DNA of 64,000 nt from Escherichia coli (GTDB lineage Bacteria; Pseudomonadota; Gammaproteobacteria; Enterobacterales; Enterobacteriaceae). The notes below the pieces were generated by a model. The model saw only the letters and a program-made list of their open reading frames with translations, searched no databases and had not been told where the DNA came from. Location: NCBI RefSeq assembly GCF_003334255.1, contig NZ_QOWU01000013.1; one strand, 5' to 3'. Positions within the stretch are counted from its first letter, which is position 1, and each line of letters starts with the position of its first letter. Position numbers and translations under genes: made by a program. Of this stretch, positions 22,024 to 33,602 are shown one piece after another.

Positions 22024-22794
22024 ATGCAAACTGAGCAACAGCGAGCCGTAACACGGCTTTGTATCCAGTGTGGATTATTTCTTTTGCAACATGGTGCGGA
22101 AAGCGCGTTGGTTGATGAGCTTTCCTCACGACTGGGTCGGGCACTGGGAATGGACAGCGTCGAAAGTTCTATCTCTTCGAACGCCATAGTGCTGACAACT
22201 ATTAAAGATGGGCAATGCCTGACATCGACACGTAAAAATCACGATCGCGGCATTAATATGCATGTGGTGACTGAAGTCCAGCACATTGTGATTCTTGCGG
22301 AGCATCATCTGCTGGATTACAAAGGCGTAGAGAAACGATTTAGCCAAATTCAGCCATTACGTTACCCAAGATGGCTGGTAGCCTTAATGGTTGGCCTTTC
22401 TTGCGCCTGTTTCTGTAAACTCAATAACGGTGGCTGGGATGGTGCCGTCATCACCTTCTTTGCCAGTACGACCGCGATGTATATCCGCCAGCTGCTGGCA
22501 CAACGTCATCTTCATCCACAGATCAACTTTTGCCTTACCGCTTTCGCCGCCACCACCATTTCCGGATTGCTTTTGCAACTCCCCACTTTCAGCAATACCC
22601 CCACCATTGCGATGGCCGCCAGCGTTCTGCTGCTAGTGCCGGGCTTTCCGTTGATTAATGCCGTCGCCGATATGTTTAAAGGCCACATCAATACCGGACT
22701 GGCACGCTGGGCGATCGCCAGTCTGCTGACACTGGCTACCTGCGTCGGCGTAGTGATGGCACTGACGATTTGGGGGCTACGCGGATGGGTGTGA
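22024..22794 (+). CDS. yjjP: ThrE-family membrane protein YjjP (putative dicarboxylate exporter subunit)
   Basis: ORF frame trimmed to [27 protein letters not shown] (256 aa). Confidence 0.85.
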
Positions 22795-23258
22795 TCGAAT
22801 TTCTGTTAGCGTTGGCGCAGGATATGATCCTCGCCGCCATTCCTGCGGTCGGCTTTGCGATGGTGTTCAACGTTCCCGTGCGGGCGTTACGCTGGTGTGC
22901 GCTGCTTGGCTCGATAGGTCATGGTTCCCGAATGATCTTGATGACCAGCGGGTTGAATATTGAGTGGTCAACCTTTATGGCTTCTATGCTGGTCGGTACC
23001 ATTGGTATTCAATGGTCGCGCTGGTATCTGGCGCATCCGAAAGTGTTTACCGTGGCGGCCGTTATCCCTATGTTCCCGGGCATATCGGCTTATACCGCAA
23101 TGATTTCGGCGGTAAAAATCAGCCAGTTAGGTTACAGCGAACCGTTGATGATTACCCTGTTAACCAACTTTCTTACAGCTTCATCGATTGTTGGTGCGTT
23201 ATCCATCGGTCTTTCCATTCCTGGATTATGGTTGTACCGCAAGCGCCCTCGCGTATAA
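22785..23258 (+). CDS. yjjB: membrane protein YjjB, partner of YjjP
   Basis: [24 protein letters not shown]... (157 aa). Its start overlaps the yjjP stop (ATGGGTGTGA). Confidence 0.85.
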
Positions 23259-23274
23259 AATTGCCTCGCTTAAG

Positions 23275-23310
23275 CACACGGATGAGAGACAGCCTCCTCT
23301 CCTCCGTGTG
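23275..23310 (+). terminator. long hairpin after yjjB
   Basis: cacacggatgagag pairs with ctctcctccgtgtg (13/14 bp) across an 8-nt loop. No clear T tract follows. Confidence 0.4.
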
Positions 23311-23364
23311 TTACTATAAAAGTTATCTCCCTTCTCGTTCATCGTTCCATATTTGAGAAACAGT

Positions 23365-23904
23365 ATGTCTTCCAGAGTTTTGACCCCGGACGTCGTTGGT
23401 ATTGACGCCCTGGTACACGATCACCAAACCGTTCTGGCAAAAGCTGAAGGCGGTGTGGTTGCCGTATTTGCTAACAATGCCCCGGCGTTTTATGCCGTCA
23501 CGCCTGCACGCCTGGCTGAACTGCTGGCGCTGGAAGAAAAGCTGGCGCGTCCGGGAAGCGATGTCGCTCTGGACGATCAACTCTATCAGGAACCGCAAGC
23601 CGCTCCCGTTGCTGTACCCATGGGGAAATTCGCCATGTATCCGGACTGGCAACCCGATGCCGATTTTATCCGCCTGGCGGCGCTATGGGGCGTGGCGCTA
23701 AGAGAGCCGGTGACCACCGAAGAACTGGCCTCATTCATTGCCTACTGGCAGGCGGAAGGTAAAGTCTTTCACCATGTGCAGTGGCAACAAAAACTGGCGC
23801 GCAGCCTGCAAATCGGTCGTGCCAGCAACGGCGGACTGCCGAAACGAGATGTGAATACGGTCAGCGAACCTGACAGCCAAATTCCACCAGGATTCAGAGG
23901 GTAA
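23365..23904 (+). CDS. dnaT: primosomal protein DnaT
   Basis: [30 protein letters not shown]... (179 aa). Confidence 0.95.
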
Positions 23905-23906
23905 CG

Positions 23907-24644
23907 ATGAAAAACGTTGGCGACCTGATGCAACGCCTGCAAAAAATGATGCCTGCCCATATCAAACCCGCATTCAAAACGGGTGAAGAACTACTGGCCT
24001 GGCAAAAAGAACAAGGAGCGATCCGCTCCGCCGCTCTCGAACGTGAAAATCGGGCGATGAAAATGCAGCGCACCTTTAACCGCTCCGGTATTCGTCCACT
24101 GCATCAGAACTGTTCCTTTGAGAACTATCGCGTTGAGTGTGAAGGGCAGATGAATGCGTTAAGCAAAGCGCGCCAGTATGTCGAAGAGTTTGACGGCAAC
24201 ATCGCCAGCTTCATCTTTTCTGGTAAGCCAGGAACCGGCAAAAACCATCTGGCGGCGGCAATCTGCAACGAGCTGCTGCTACGCGGTAAATCCGTATTGA
24301 TCATCACCGTGGCCGATATTATGTCGGCGATGAAAGATACCTTCAGGAATAGCGGTACCAGCGAAGAACAACTGCTTAACGATCTGAGCAACGTTGATCT
24401 GCTGGTGATCGATGAGATCGGCGTGCAGACCGAATCGAAATACGAAAAAGTGATCATCAACCAGATCGTCGATCGCCGCTCTTCTTCCAAACGCCCAACC
24501 GGGATGCTGACCAACAGTAATATGGAAGAGATGACCAAGTTGCTGGGCGAACGCGTGATGGACCGTATGCGCCTGGGTAACAGTTTGTGGGTGATCTTCA
24601 ACTGGGATAGCTACCGTAGCCGGGTAACAGGTAAAGAGTATTAA
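23907..24644 (+). CDS. dnaC: helicase loader DnaC
   Basis: 245-aa ORF with the Walker A motif GKPGTGKNHL. It begins 2 nt after the dnaT stop. Confidence 0.97.
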   Translation: MKNVGDLMQRLQKMMPAHIKPAFKTGEELLAWQKEQGAIRSAALERENRAMKMQRTFNRSGIRPLHQNCSFENYRVECEGQMNALSKARQYVEEFDGNIASFIFSGKPGTGKNHLAAAICNELLLRGKSVLIITVADIMSAMKDTFRNSGTSEEQLLNDLSNVDLLVIDEIGVQTESKYEKVIINQIVDRRSSSKRPTGMLTNSNMEEMTKLLGERVMDRMRLGNSLWVIFNWDSYRSRVTGKEY

Positions 24645-24689
24645 TCCCCGTTTCTGGCGGTATACTGCGACACAATTCCACCTTGAGTA

Positions 24690-25187
24690 ATGATGATGAA
24701 AACTGTTAAACATCTTCTGTGCTGTGCCATTGCCGCCAGCGCATTAATTTCCACCGGGGTGCATGCTGCGTCCTGGAAAGATGCGCTCTCCAGCGCCGCC
24801 AGCGAACTTGGCAACCAAAACAGCACGACACAGGAAGGCGGTTGGTCGCTCGCGTCATTAACTAACTTGCTTAGCAGCGGAAACCAGGCCTTAAGCGCAG
24901 ATAACATGAACAATGCCGCAGGCATTCTGCAATACTGCGCGAAGCAAAAGCTGGCGTCGGTAACCGATGCCGAAAACATCAAGAACCAGGTGCTGGAAAA
25001 GCTGGGCCTGAACAGTGAAGAGCAAAAAGAAGACACCAACTATCTGGACGGCATTCAGGGTTTGCTGAAAACCAAAGATGGTCAGCAACTCAATCTGGAT
25101 AACATCGGAACAACTCCGCTGGCAGAAAAGGTGAAAACCAAAGCCTGCGATCTGGTGTTAAAACAGGGGCTGAACTTCATTTCCTGA
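24690..25187 (+). CDS. yjjA: secreted protein YjjA (DUF2501)
   Basis: 165-aa ORF with the signal peptide KTVKHLLCCAIAASALISTGVHA. Which of the three consecutive ATG codons is the start remains uncertain. Confidence 0.8.
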   Translation: MMMKTVKHLLCCAIAASALISTGVHAASWKDALSSAASELGNQNSTTQEGGWSLASLTNLLSSGNQALSADNMNNAAGILQYCAKQKLASVTDAENIKNQVLEKLGLNSEEQKEDTNYLDGIQGLLKTKDGQQLNLDNIGTTPLAEKVKTKACDLVLKQGLNFIS

Positions 25188-25440
25188 ACCGCGAAACGCC
25201 GCGTTTTAGCTGTTACCCGGCTGACGCGGCTCTCTCCTGCCCTTTTCCCTGCTCCTGGACGGTTTTACCCCTGTTACACGGGAAGTGACCGTAATCAAAA
25301 AAGTCTGTTTATAAACTAATTCCTAACAACATCGCATTTTTTTGACACTAGAATTGCAGCAATATGGCGACGCCATTACATTGTGCTTCTCAAAAAGCTT
25401 AAACGTTGGCTAAACGGCCCGGTTTAGTGAGGATCGCCCG

Positions 25441-27732
25441 TTGTCAGAACTACTCTCTTTCGCCCTTTTTCTCGCCTCTGTGCTGATTTACGCATGGAAA
25501 GCGGGACGTAACACCTGGTGGTTTGCAGCCACGTTAACGGTGCTGGGGCTATTTGTCGTTTTAAATATCACCCTGTTTGCCAGCGACTATTTTACTGGCG
25601 ATGGTATTAACGACGCGGTTCTCTATACCTTAACCAACAGCCTGACCGGTGCTGGCGTCAGCAAATACATTTTGCCGGGTATCGGCATTGTGCTGGGGCT
25701 GACAGCGGTGTTCGGTGCGCTGGGCTGGATCCTGCGCCGTCGTCGCCATCATCCGCACCATTTTGGTTACAGCCTGCTGGCGCTCTTACTGGCGCTGGGT
25801 TCGGTGGACGCCAGCCCGGCATTTCGTCAGATAACGGAACTGGTGAAATCCCAGTCACGCGACGGCGACCCGGACTTTGCGGCTTATTATAAAGAGCCGT
25901 CGAAAACTATCCCTGACCCGAAACTCAACCTGGTTTATATCTACGGCGAAAGTCTCGAGCGGACCTATTTTGATAACGAGGCTTTCCCGGATCTCACGCC
26001 TGAACTGGGCGCGTTGAAAAATGAAGGCCTGGATTTCAGCCACACGCAGCAGCTGCCGGGAACAGATTACACGATTGCGGGCATGGTGGCTTCTCAGTGC
26101 GGCATACCGCTGTTTGCCCCCTTTGAAGGCAACGCCTCCGCCTCTGTCTCCAGCTTCTTCCCGCAGAACATCTGTCTGGGAGATATCCTGAAAAACTCGG
26201 GTTATCAGAACTATTTCGTGCAGGGCGCGAATCTGCGTTTTGCCGGTAAAGATGTGTTCCTGAAGTCGCATGGCTTCGACCACTTATACGGCTCAGAAGA
26301 GCTGAAAAGCGTGGTAGCCGACCCGCACTATCGCAACGACTGGGGATTCTACGACGATACCGTTCTCGATGAAGCGTGGAAAAAGTTTGAAGAGCTTTCC
26401 CGCTCAGGTCAGCGATTCTCACTGTTTACCCTGACAGTCGATACCCATCACCCGGATGGTTTTATCTCTCGTACCTGTAACCGCAAAAAATATGATTTTG
26501 ACGGTAAACCGAATCAGTCATTCAGCGCGGTAAGTTGCAGCCAGGAGAACATCGCGACGTTTATCAACAAAATCAAAGCGTCACCGTGGTTTAAAGATAC
26601 CGTCATCGTCGTCTCTTCTGACCATTTAGCGATGAACAACACGGCGTGGAAATACCTCAATAAGCAGGATCGCAATAACCTGTTTTTTGTCATTCGTGGC
26701 GACAAGCCGCAGCAAGAGACGCTGGCAGTGAAGCGTAACACGATGGATAACGGCGCGACGGTGCTGGACATTCTCGGTGGCGATAACTATCTCGGACTTG
26801 GTCGTAGCAGTTTATCCGGGCAGTCGATGTCGGAAATCTTCCTCAATATCAAAGAGAAAACATTGGCGTGGAAGCCAGATATCATCCGCCTGTGGAAATT
26901 CCCTAAAGAGATGAAAGAGTTCACCATCGACCAGCAGAAAAACATGATTGCCTTCTCGGGTAGCCATTTCCGTTTGCCGCTGCTGTTGCGGGTTTCAGAC
27001 AAACGCGTGGAACCGCTGCCGGAAAGCGAATACTCAGCACCGCTGCGTTTCCAGCTGGCCGATTTCGCTCCACGCGACAATTTCGTCTGGGTTGACCGTT
27101 GCTACAAGATGGCACAACTCTGGGCTCCGGAACTGGCACTTTCCACCGACTGGTGTGTCTCGCAAGGGCAGCTTGGCGGTCAGCAAATTGTTCAGCATGT
27201 TGACAAAACAACATGGCAGGGCAAAACGGCATTTAAAGATACGGTCATCGACATGGCGCGTTACAAAGGCAATGTCGATACGCTGAAGATTGTTGATAAC
27301 GATATTCGCTACAAAGCCGACAGTTTCATCTTTAACGTCGCCGGTGCGCCAGAAGAGGTGAAACAGTTTAGCGGGATTTCCCGTCCGGAGTCGTGGGGCC
27401 GCTGGTCCAACGCGCAGCTGGGCGATGAAGTAAAAATCGAGTACAAGCATCCGCTGCCGAAGAAATTTGACCTGGTGATTACCGCCAAAGCATACGGCAA
27501 TAACGCCAGCCGTCCTATTCCGGTACGCGTAGGCAATGAAGAACAAACTCTTGTGCTGGGCAATGAAGTGACCACCACCACACTGCATTTCGATAACCCA
27601 ACCGATGCCGACACACTGGTAATTGTGCCGCCGGAACCTGTCTCAACCAACGAAGGGAATATCCTCGGACACTCGCCGCGTAAGCTCGGGATCGGCATGG
27701 TGGAAATTAAAGTGGTAGAACGTGAAGGGTAA
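25441..27732 (+). CDS. opgB: phosphoglycerol transferase I (OPG biosynthesis)
   Basis: 763-aa ORF with a TTG start, an N-terminal membrane domain and a sulfatase-type domain. Confidence 0.95.
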   Translation: MSELLSFALFLASVLIYAWKAGRNTWWFAATLTVLGLFVVLNITLFASDYFTGDGINDAVLYTLTNSLTGAGVSKYILPGIGIVLGLTAVFGALGWILRRRRHHPHHFGYSLLALLLALGSVDASPAFRQITELVKSQSRDGDPDFAAYYKEPSKTIPDPKLNLVYIYGESLERTYFDNEAFPDLTPELGALKNEGLDFSHTQQLPGTDYTIAGMVASQCGIPLFAPFEGNASASVSSFFPQNICLGDILKNSGYQNYFVQGANLRFAGKDVFLKSHGFDHLYGSEELKSVVADPHYRNDWGFYDDTVLDEAWKKFEELSRSGQRFSLFTLTVDTHHPDGFISRTCNRKKYDFDGKPNQSFSAVSCSQENIATFINKIKASPWFKDTVIVVSSDHLAMNNTAWKYLNKQDRNNLFFVIRGDKPQQETLAVKRNTMDNGATVLDILGGDNYLGLGRSSLSGQSMSEIFLNIKEKTLAWKPDIIRLWKFPKEMKEFTIDQQKNMIAFSGSHFRLPLLLRVSDKRVEPLPESEYSAPLRFQLADFAPRDNFVWVDRCYKMAQLWAPELALSTDWCVSQGQLGGQQIVQHVDKTTWQGKTAFKDTVIDMARYKGNVDTLKIVDNDIRYKADSFIFNVAGAPEEVKQFSGISRPESWGRWSNAQLGDEVKIEYKHPLPKKFDLVITAKAYGNNASRPIPVRVGNEEQTLVLGNEVTTTTLHFDNPTDADTLVIVPPEPVSTNEGNILGHSPRKLGIGMVEIKVVEREG

Positions 27733-27744
27733 TTCCTGACTGAT

Positions 27745-27773
27745 GTGTAGGTCGCATAGGGTGCGACCTACAC
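27745..27773. terminator. hairpin between convergent opgB and lgoD
   Basis: gtgtaggtcgca pairs with tgcgacctacac, a 12-bp perfect stem with a 5-nt loop. Confidence 0.6.
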
Positions 27774-27869
27774 GCCTTCTACGGCTTACAACACATTATT
27801 AAGAAACAAAAAAAACAGCGCCCAACACTTCCCCGGACGCTGCATGGCAACTTTAATAATCTCGCCTTA

Positions 27870-28892
27870 TCAGAAAGTAATTACGCCTTTAATTAACTCA
27901 CGATTGTTAATCACATCGCGCTCGTAGGTTTCTGCCAGCGTGGCGAACGGATAGCGATGGGTTAACATCATGTCAGCAGTGATTTTTCCTTCCGCCATCA
28001 GTCGACCGACTTTAGCAAAATCTTCCGGCGTGGCGTTGCGGCTGCCCATCATCGTCGTTTCTTTTTTATGGAATTCCGGATCGGAGAACTGCAACTCACC
28101 TTTAAACAGGCCGACAAATACCACCGTGCCGCCGTGACGAATCAAATTCACGGTGTTATTCATCGCATGTTGATTACCTGTCGCGTCGATCACTTTCTGC
28201 GCCAGCGAACCACCAAACTGCGCCCGTAGCTGCGCGTCAAAATCTTCGGCTGACGGGTCCAGTAAAGGTAATTCCAGACGCGTTGCCACATGTTCACGGC
28301 GCGCCGGACTGGTATCCGCCACCACCACCTGTGCGCCATCGGCTTTAGCGATTGCCGCCGCGCCCAGACCGATTGGCCCCGCCCCGACCACCAGCACCTG
28401 CTCGCCGGGAGCAATGGCTGCGCGACGCACCGCATGAGCGCTAATAGCGAAAGGTTCAATCAATGCTGCCGCCTGCGGGTCAATACCGTCTGCGGGCAAA
28501 ATGTTCGCCACCGGCACGCTCAAATACTCACTAAAACCGCCATCCTGATGCACGCCAATGACTGAAATTTTTTCACAGCAATTGGTACGCCCGCTTTTAC
28601 ACGCCGGGCATTGCTGACAGGCAACATAAGGGATCACAGCAACTTGCTGACCATTTTTAAGATCAGCAATATTTTTACCCAGCCCAACAATCTCCCCACA
28701 TATTTCATGGCCTAAAACACGTGGATAACTAAAAAATGGTTGATTTCCACCCCAGGCATGAATATCGGTACCGCAAATCCCGACAGACTTAATTTTTATT
28801 AATGCTTCATTGTCACCCGGAATAGGTATCTCGCGTTGTTTCCAGACTAATTCTTTCGGCTGCTGGCAAATTAAAACATTCATCGTAGACAT
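27870..28892 (-). CDS. lgoD: L-galactonate 5-dehydrogenase (Zn-dependent MDR family)
   Basis: ORF frame trimmed to MSTMNVLICQQPKELVWKQREIP (340 aa). It carries GHEICGEIV and GAGPIGLG motifs. Confidence 0.9.
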   Translation of the reverse strand: MSTMNVLICQQPKELVWKQREIPIPGDNEALIKIKSVGICGTDIHAWGGNQPFFSYPRVLGHEICGEIVGLGKNIADLKNGQQVAVIPYVACQQCPACKSGRTNCCEKISVIGVHQDGGFSEYLSVPVANILPADGIDPQAAALIEPFAISAHAVRRAAIAPGEQVLVVGAGPIGLGAAAIAKADGAQVVVADTSPARREHVATRLELPLLDPSAEDFDAQLRAQFGGSLAQKVIDATGNQHAMNNTVNLIRHGGTVVFVGLFKGELQFSDPEFHKKETTMMGSRNATPEDFAKVGRLMAEGKITADMMLTHRYPFATLAETYERDVINNRELIKGVITF

Positions 28893-29030
28893 GATTCGGC
28901 TCTCCACTTTTTGTTGCCTTAGATATCAATGAAAATGAAAAATGGCAGCGGAACGGAAAATCTTTTTTGTGAAAACACACGCATAAAAATGTTTTAAATC
29001 GGGTTTTAATGGACTCACAAGGAGGAAAAT

Positions 29031-29945
29031 ATGAGTCGTTCACAAAATTTACGCCACAATGTGATTAACCAGGTCATTGATGATATGGCGCGGGGTCATA
29101 TCCCTTCCCCACTTCCATCGCAAAGTGCGCTGGCGGAAATGTACAACATCAGCCGCACCACAGTGCGTCATATTCTCAGCCACTTACGCGAATGCGGCGT
29201 CTTGACGCAGGTTGGAAACGACTATGTTATTGCGCGTAAACCTGACCATGATGACGGTTTCGCCTGTACTACCGCTTCAATGAGTGAACAAAACAAAGTG
29301 TTTGAGCAGGCTTTTTTCACGATGATAAACCAGCGCCAGTTACGCCCAGGGGAAACGTTTTCTGAACTGCAACTGGCTCGGGCCGCGGGTGTCAGCCCGG
29401 TTGTAGTAAGAGAATATCTTTTAAAATTCGGCCGTTATAATCTTATTCACAGCGAAAAGCGCGGCCAGTGGAGCATGAAGCAATTCGATCAATCCTACGC
29501 CGAGCAGCTGTTTGAGCTACGCGAAATGCTCGAAACACATTCACTTCAGCACTTTCTCAACCTGCCTGATCATGATCCCCGCTGGCTGCAGGCGAAAACC
29601 ATGCTCGAACGTCATCGGCTACTGCGTGACAACATCGGCAATAGCTTTCGCATGTTCTCGCAACTTGACAGAGATTTTCACTCCTTACTGCTTTCAGCTG
29701 CCGACAATATCTTTTTTGATCAATCGCTTGAGATCATCTCAGTCATCTTTCATTTTCACTATCAATGGGACGAAAGCGATCTTAAACAGCGCAATATCAT
29801 TGCCGTCGATGAGCATATGACCATTCTCAGCGCTCTGATTTGCCGCAGTGACCTTGATGCCACCCTTGCGCTCCGTAACCATTTGAATTCAGCTAAACAA
29901 TCAATGATTCGATCCATTAATGAGAACACGCGTTATGCTCATTAA
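29031..29945 (+). CDS. lgoR: GntR/FadR-family regulator LgoR
   Basis: 304-aa ORF with the N-terminal GntR HTH LPSQSALAEMYNISRTTVRHIL. Confidence 0.9.
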   Translation: MSRSQNLRHNVINQVIDDMARGHIPSPLPSQSALAEMYNISRTTVRHILSHLRECGVLTQVGNDYVIARKPDHDDGFACTTASMSEQNKVFEQAFFTMINQRQLRPGETFSELQLARAAGVSPVVVREYLLKFGRYNLIHSEKRGQWSMKQFDQSYAEQLFELREMLETHSLQHFLNLPDHDPRWLQAKTMLERHRLLRDNIGNSFRMFSQLDRDFHSLLLSAADNIFFDQSLEIISVIFHFHYQWDESDLKQRNIIAVDEHMTILSALICRSDLDATLALRNHLNSAKQSMIRSINENTRYAH

Positions 29946-30159
29946 GTACGGATTAAAAACAGCAAACTATTAGCGGGTGCACGGTTTTATCAAAAGATAA
30001 ATACCGGGAAATTCCCGCTTACCTATGCTCACAATCAGTCGACTAAAAATGTTTTTGTGAGCGGTAGTAAAGTCCTAAAACTTTAACCTGCCGTTAATGT
30101 CAACCTTGCGTAATGCACAATTACGTAAACAATTAAAATTATAAATACAGGAGTCCGGC

Positions 30160-31521
30160 GTGGAAAAAGAAAATATCACCATCGATCCGCGTTCTTCATT
30201 TACTCCATCTTCGTCGGCAGATATTCCCGTGCCACCAGATGGATTAGTTCAACGCAGTACCCGAATTAAACGCATTCAAACCACCGCCATGTTGTTATTA
30301 TTTTTTGCGGCGGTAATCAATTATCTCGACCGCAGTTCGCTGTCGGTAGCAAATTTAACGATTCGTGAAGAATTGGGATTAAGTGCCACCGAAATCGGCG
30401 CTTTGCTCTCCGTGTTTTCACTCGCTTACGGGATTGCGCAACTTCCTTGCGGCCCACTATTGGATCGTAAAGGCCCACGCCTGATGCTGGGACTGGGGAT
30501 GTTCTTCTGGTCACTGTTCCAGGCAATGTCTGGCATGGTGCACAACTTTACGCAGTTCGTGTTGGTGCGTATCGGTATGGGGATTGGTGAAGCGCCGATG
30601 AACCCATGCGGTGTAAAAGTCATTAACGACTGGTTCAACATCAAAGAGCGCGGACGCCCGATGGGCTTCTTCAACGCAGCTTCTACCATTGGCGTTGCCG
30701 TAAGCCCACCGATTCTGGCGGCGATGATGCTGGTGATGGGCTGGCGCGGGATGTTTATTACCATTGGTGTACTGGGGATTTTTCTCGCCATCGGCTGGTA
30801 TATGCTCTATCGCAACCGCGAGCACGTAGAACTGACTGCCGTTGAGCAAGCTTATCTCAATGCAGGTAGCGTCAATGCCCGCCGAGATCCGCTCAGTTTT
30901 GCCGAATGGCGCAGCCTGTTCCGTAACCGTACAATGTGGGGAATGATGCTCGGATTCAGTGGCATCAACTACACTGCGTGGCTGTATCTGGCCTGGCTTC
31001 CTGGTTACCTGCAAACAGCCTATAACCTGGATTTAAAAAGCACAGGGTTGATGGCGGCTATCCCTTTCCTGTTTGGGGCTGCCGGGATGCTGGTCAACGG
31101 TTACGTTACCGACTGGCTGGTCAAAGGGGGAATGGCTCCGATTAAAAGCCGTAAGATCTGCATTATTGCCGGGATGTTCTGTTCTGCCGCCTTTACGCTG
31201 ATAGTACCACAAGCGACAACATCCATGACGGCGGTTCTGCTGATTGGCATGGCACTGTTCTGTATTCACTTTGCCGGAACATCCTGCTGGGGCTTGATCC
31301 ACGTCGCAGTTGCTTCTCGCATGACTGCGTCGGTGGGCAGTATCCAGAACTTTGCCAGCTTCATCTGCGCCTCTTTTGCGCCGATCATTACTGGTTTTAT
31401 TGTTGATACCACCCACTCATTCCGTCTGGCACTAATCATCTGCGGTTGCGTCACCGCAGCGGGGGCACTGGCGTACATCTTCCTGGTTCGTCAGCCGATC
31501 AACGACCCACGTAAAGATTAA
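30160..31521 (+). CDS. lgoT: MFS L-galactonate:H+ symporter
   Basis: 453-aa ORF with a GTG start, 12-TM MFS features and the LLDRKGPR loop motif. Confidence 0.9.
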   Translation: MEKENITIDPRSSFTPSSSADIPVPPDGLVQRSTRIKRIQTTAMLLLFFAAVINYLDRSSLSVANLTIREELGLSATEIGALLSVFSLAYGIAQLPCGPLLDRKGPRLMLGLGMFFWSLFQAMSGMVHNFTQFVLVRIGMGIGEAPMNPCGVKVINDWFNIKERGRPMGFFNAASTIGVAVSPPILAAMMLVMGWRGMFITIGVLGIFLAIGWYMLYRNREHVELTAVEQAYLNAGSVNARRDPLSFAEWRSLFRNRTMWGMMLGFSGINYTAWLYLAWLPGYLQTAYNLDLKSTGLMAAIPFLFGAAGMLVNGYVTDWLVKGGMAPIKSRKICIIAGMFCSAAFTLIVPQATTSMTAVLLIGMALFCIHFAGTSCWGLIHVAVASRMTASVGSIQNFASFICASFAPIITGFIVDTTHSFRLALIICGCVTAAGALAYIFLVRQPINDPRKD

Positions 31522-31528
31522 TCTCCTT

Positions 31529-31558
31529 ATGCCCGATAACATTTTGCTTATCGGGCAT
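31529..31558. terminator. bidirectional terminator between lgoT and tsr
   Basis: atgcccgataa pairs with ttatcgggcat across an 8-nt loop. A T run follows on the plus strand. Confidence 0.7.
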
Positions 31559-31569
31559 TTTCATGGCGA

Positions 31570-33225
31570 TTAAAATGTTTCCCAGTTCTCCTCGCTATCT
31601 GCCACGGCCATTTTACGCGGCGCAGCTGGCGTCACGGTTTTTACCACAGCCGATGTTTCACGCTGCTGTTGCTGAATCCGGAACACTGCCACTGCTTCGG
31701 TCAGGCGACTGGCCTGCTCTTCCAGCGCGGCGGCGGCAGCGGCAGACTCTTCCACCAGCGCGGCGTTCTGTTGAGTTACCCGGTCCATCTCAGCAACCGC
31801 TAAGCCAACCTGATCGATACCACGGCTCTGCTCATCAGAAGCAGAAGCAATTTCGCCCATAATGTCCGTCACGCGGGTCACGGCGCTGACAATCTCCGCC
31901 ATTGTTTCCCCGGCGCTTTCGACCAGCGTAGAGCCAACATCCACTTTCCCCACCGAGTCTTCAATCAGGCTTTTAATTTCACGAGCCGCCTGGGCGCTGC
32001 GCTGGGCCAGATTACGCACTTCTCCCGCGACCACCGCAAAACCGCGCCCTTGCTCACCCGCACGCGCAGCCTCAACCGCCGCGTTCAAAGCCAGAATATT
32101 GGTCTGGAAGGCAATGCCGTCAATTACGCTGATAATATCGGCGATTTTCTGCGAACTGGTGGAGATATCGCGCATAGTCTGCACCACGTTATCTACCACT
32201 TTACCGCCGCGTTGCGCCGTTTCAGAAGCACTTAACGCCAGATGGCTGGCCTGGCGCGCATTTTCGGCGTTCTGCTTCACCGTTGCGGTCAGTTGCTCCA
32301 TGCTGGCTGCCGTCTCTTCCAGCGAAGCGGCCTGTTGCTCGGTGCGCGAAGAGAGATCGTTATTGCCGGTGGCGATTTCGCTGGCACCGCTATAGATGGC
32401 ATTGGCCCCGTTGCGCACATCACCGACGGTACGCATCAGCTCTCCCTGCATATGGCGCAAACTCTCTGCCAGTTGCCCCATCTCATTAGAGCCATCCACC
32501 TCAATCGGTTTCACCAGATCGCCGCCTGCAATATGACGAATGCTGTCAATCAGGCGATTCATTGGCGCTACCAGCGAGGCTTTAATACCGAACCAGACGG
32601 CGAAGATGACCGCCAGTACGACGATCATCACGCCCACCAGAATCCACATCGCCTGGCTGTAGGAGGCATTGTTATCGCTGACGGCGATATCATGGAGCCG
32701 ATCGTTTTGCTCCATGTAAGCCACATACTGCTTCTCGAAACCGTCCTGATATCCCTGGGTCGGCTGATCAAAGAACTCGTTGATTTTGCCTGCACCTAAC
32801 AGTTGGATCAGCTCCGCCAGCGCATTGTGATAAATATCGTAATTACGTTTGATCTCTGCCGCTGCGGCGGTGCTCTGACGCGGGTCACGCGGCAACGCTT
32901 CGTAATCCGCCCAGTTTTTTTCCGCCTGTTTCAGCGAAATACTGGCACTCTCCATCAGCTCAGCAACGGTTGAACCGCTACCAATATTATTCTGATCCAT
33001 CATGTAGCGGATACCCGCGCGGTTGAGGGTGTTACGCGTCTGCAACAACGCGACCCAGCTGCCATTCAGCGTGGATTGCTGCTGGCGAATGGTTTGTAAA
33101 ACAGTGAAATTTTCTTTGTCATTCTTTAAGGCATTAAAGAACAGACCGCCTGATGTCAGTTGTAAAAGGCCAAAAACGGCCAAAACCAGCAGTAAGCTGG
33201 TCACAATTTTGATACGTTTTAACAT
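31570..33225 (-). CDS. tsr: serine chemoreceptor Tsr (MCP I)
   Basis: 551-aa [26 protein letters not shown]... ending in the NWETF pentapeptide. Confidence 0.97.
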   Translation of the reverse strand: MLKRIKIVTSLLLVLAVFGLLQLTSGGLFFNALKNDKENFTVLQTIRQQQSTLNGSWVALLQTRNTLNRAGIRYMMDQNNIGSGSTVAELMESASISLKQAEKNWADYEALPRDPRQSTAAAAEIKRNYDIYHNALAELIQLLGAGKINEFFDQPTQGYQDGFEKQYVAYMEQNDRLHDIAVSDNNASYSQAMWILVGVMIVVLAVIFAVWFGIKASLVAPMNRLIDSIRHIAGGDLVKPIEVDGSNEMGQLAESLRHMQGELMRTVGDVRNGANAIYSGASEIATGNNDLSSRTEQQAASLEETAASMEQLTATVKQNAENARQASHLALSASETAQRGGKVVDNVVQTMRDISTSSQKIADIISVIDGIAFQTNILALNAAVEAARAGEQGRGFAVVAGEVRNLAQRSAQAAREIKSLIEDSVGKVDVGSTLVESAGETMAEIVSAVTRVTDIMGEIASASDEQSRGIDQVGLAVAEMDRVTQQNAALVEESAAAAAALEEQASRLTEAVAVFRIQQQQRETSAVVKTVTPAAPRKMAVADSEENWETF

Positions 33226-33255
33226 GGTTTCTCTTTCCTGTGGACCGATGCAAGA

Positions 33256-33282
33256 TTTTCGGCCTGGAAAGGAAAAACTTTA
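33256..33282 (-). promoter_or_regulatory. sigma-28 (FliA) promoter of tsr
   Basis: The minus strand reads TAAAGTTT, 11 nt, then GCCGAAAA, against the consensus TAAAGTTT-N11-GCCGATAA. It lies about 30-55 nt upstream of the tsr ATG. Confidence 0.75.
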
Positions 33283-33418
33283 TGAATATCCCGCGGAGAT
33301 TACGCCGAGTGAATTTTATTCACACTCTGAATTTAAAAAGCCATTATTTACATAAATTATTCACAATATAAATATGTGATATGAATCACATATTTATCGT
33401 CACTTAAACGACGCCTTT

Positions 33419-33446
33419 GCCGCTCAACCGCAAAACTGACCGCTTA
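33419..33446 (+). promoter_or_regulatory. direct repeats resembling the BtsR (YehT, LytTR) site of the btsT promoter
   Basis: gCCGCTCA at 33419 and ACCGCTTA at 33439 are 20 bp apart and about 160 nt upstream of btsT. They resemble the ACC[G/T]CT[C/T]A direct repeat as I recall it. Confidence 0.45.
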
Positions 33447-33602
33447 CATCCCTAAAATAACCACTCAGTTATTTACCTTACTTTACGCGCGCGTAACTCT
33501 GGCAACATCACTACAGGATAGCGGTCAATTTACCTCCTCAAACGCAACGCAAACCTAGAACGGCTTCGGCCAACTATTAATCAATACATGCCAGGTTTTA
33601 CT

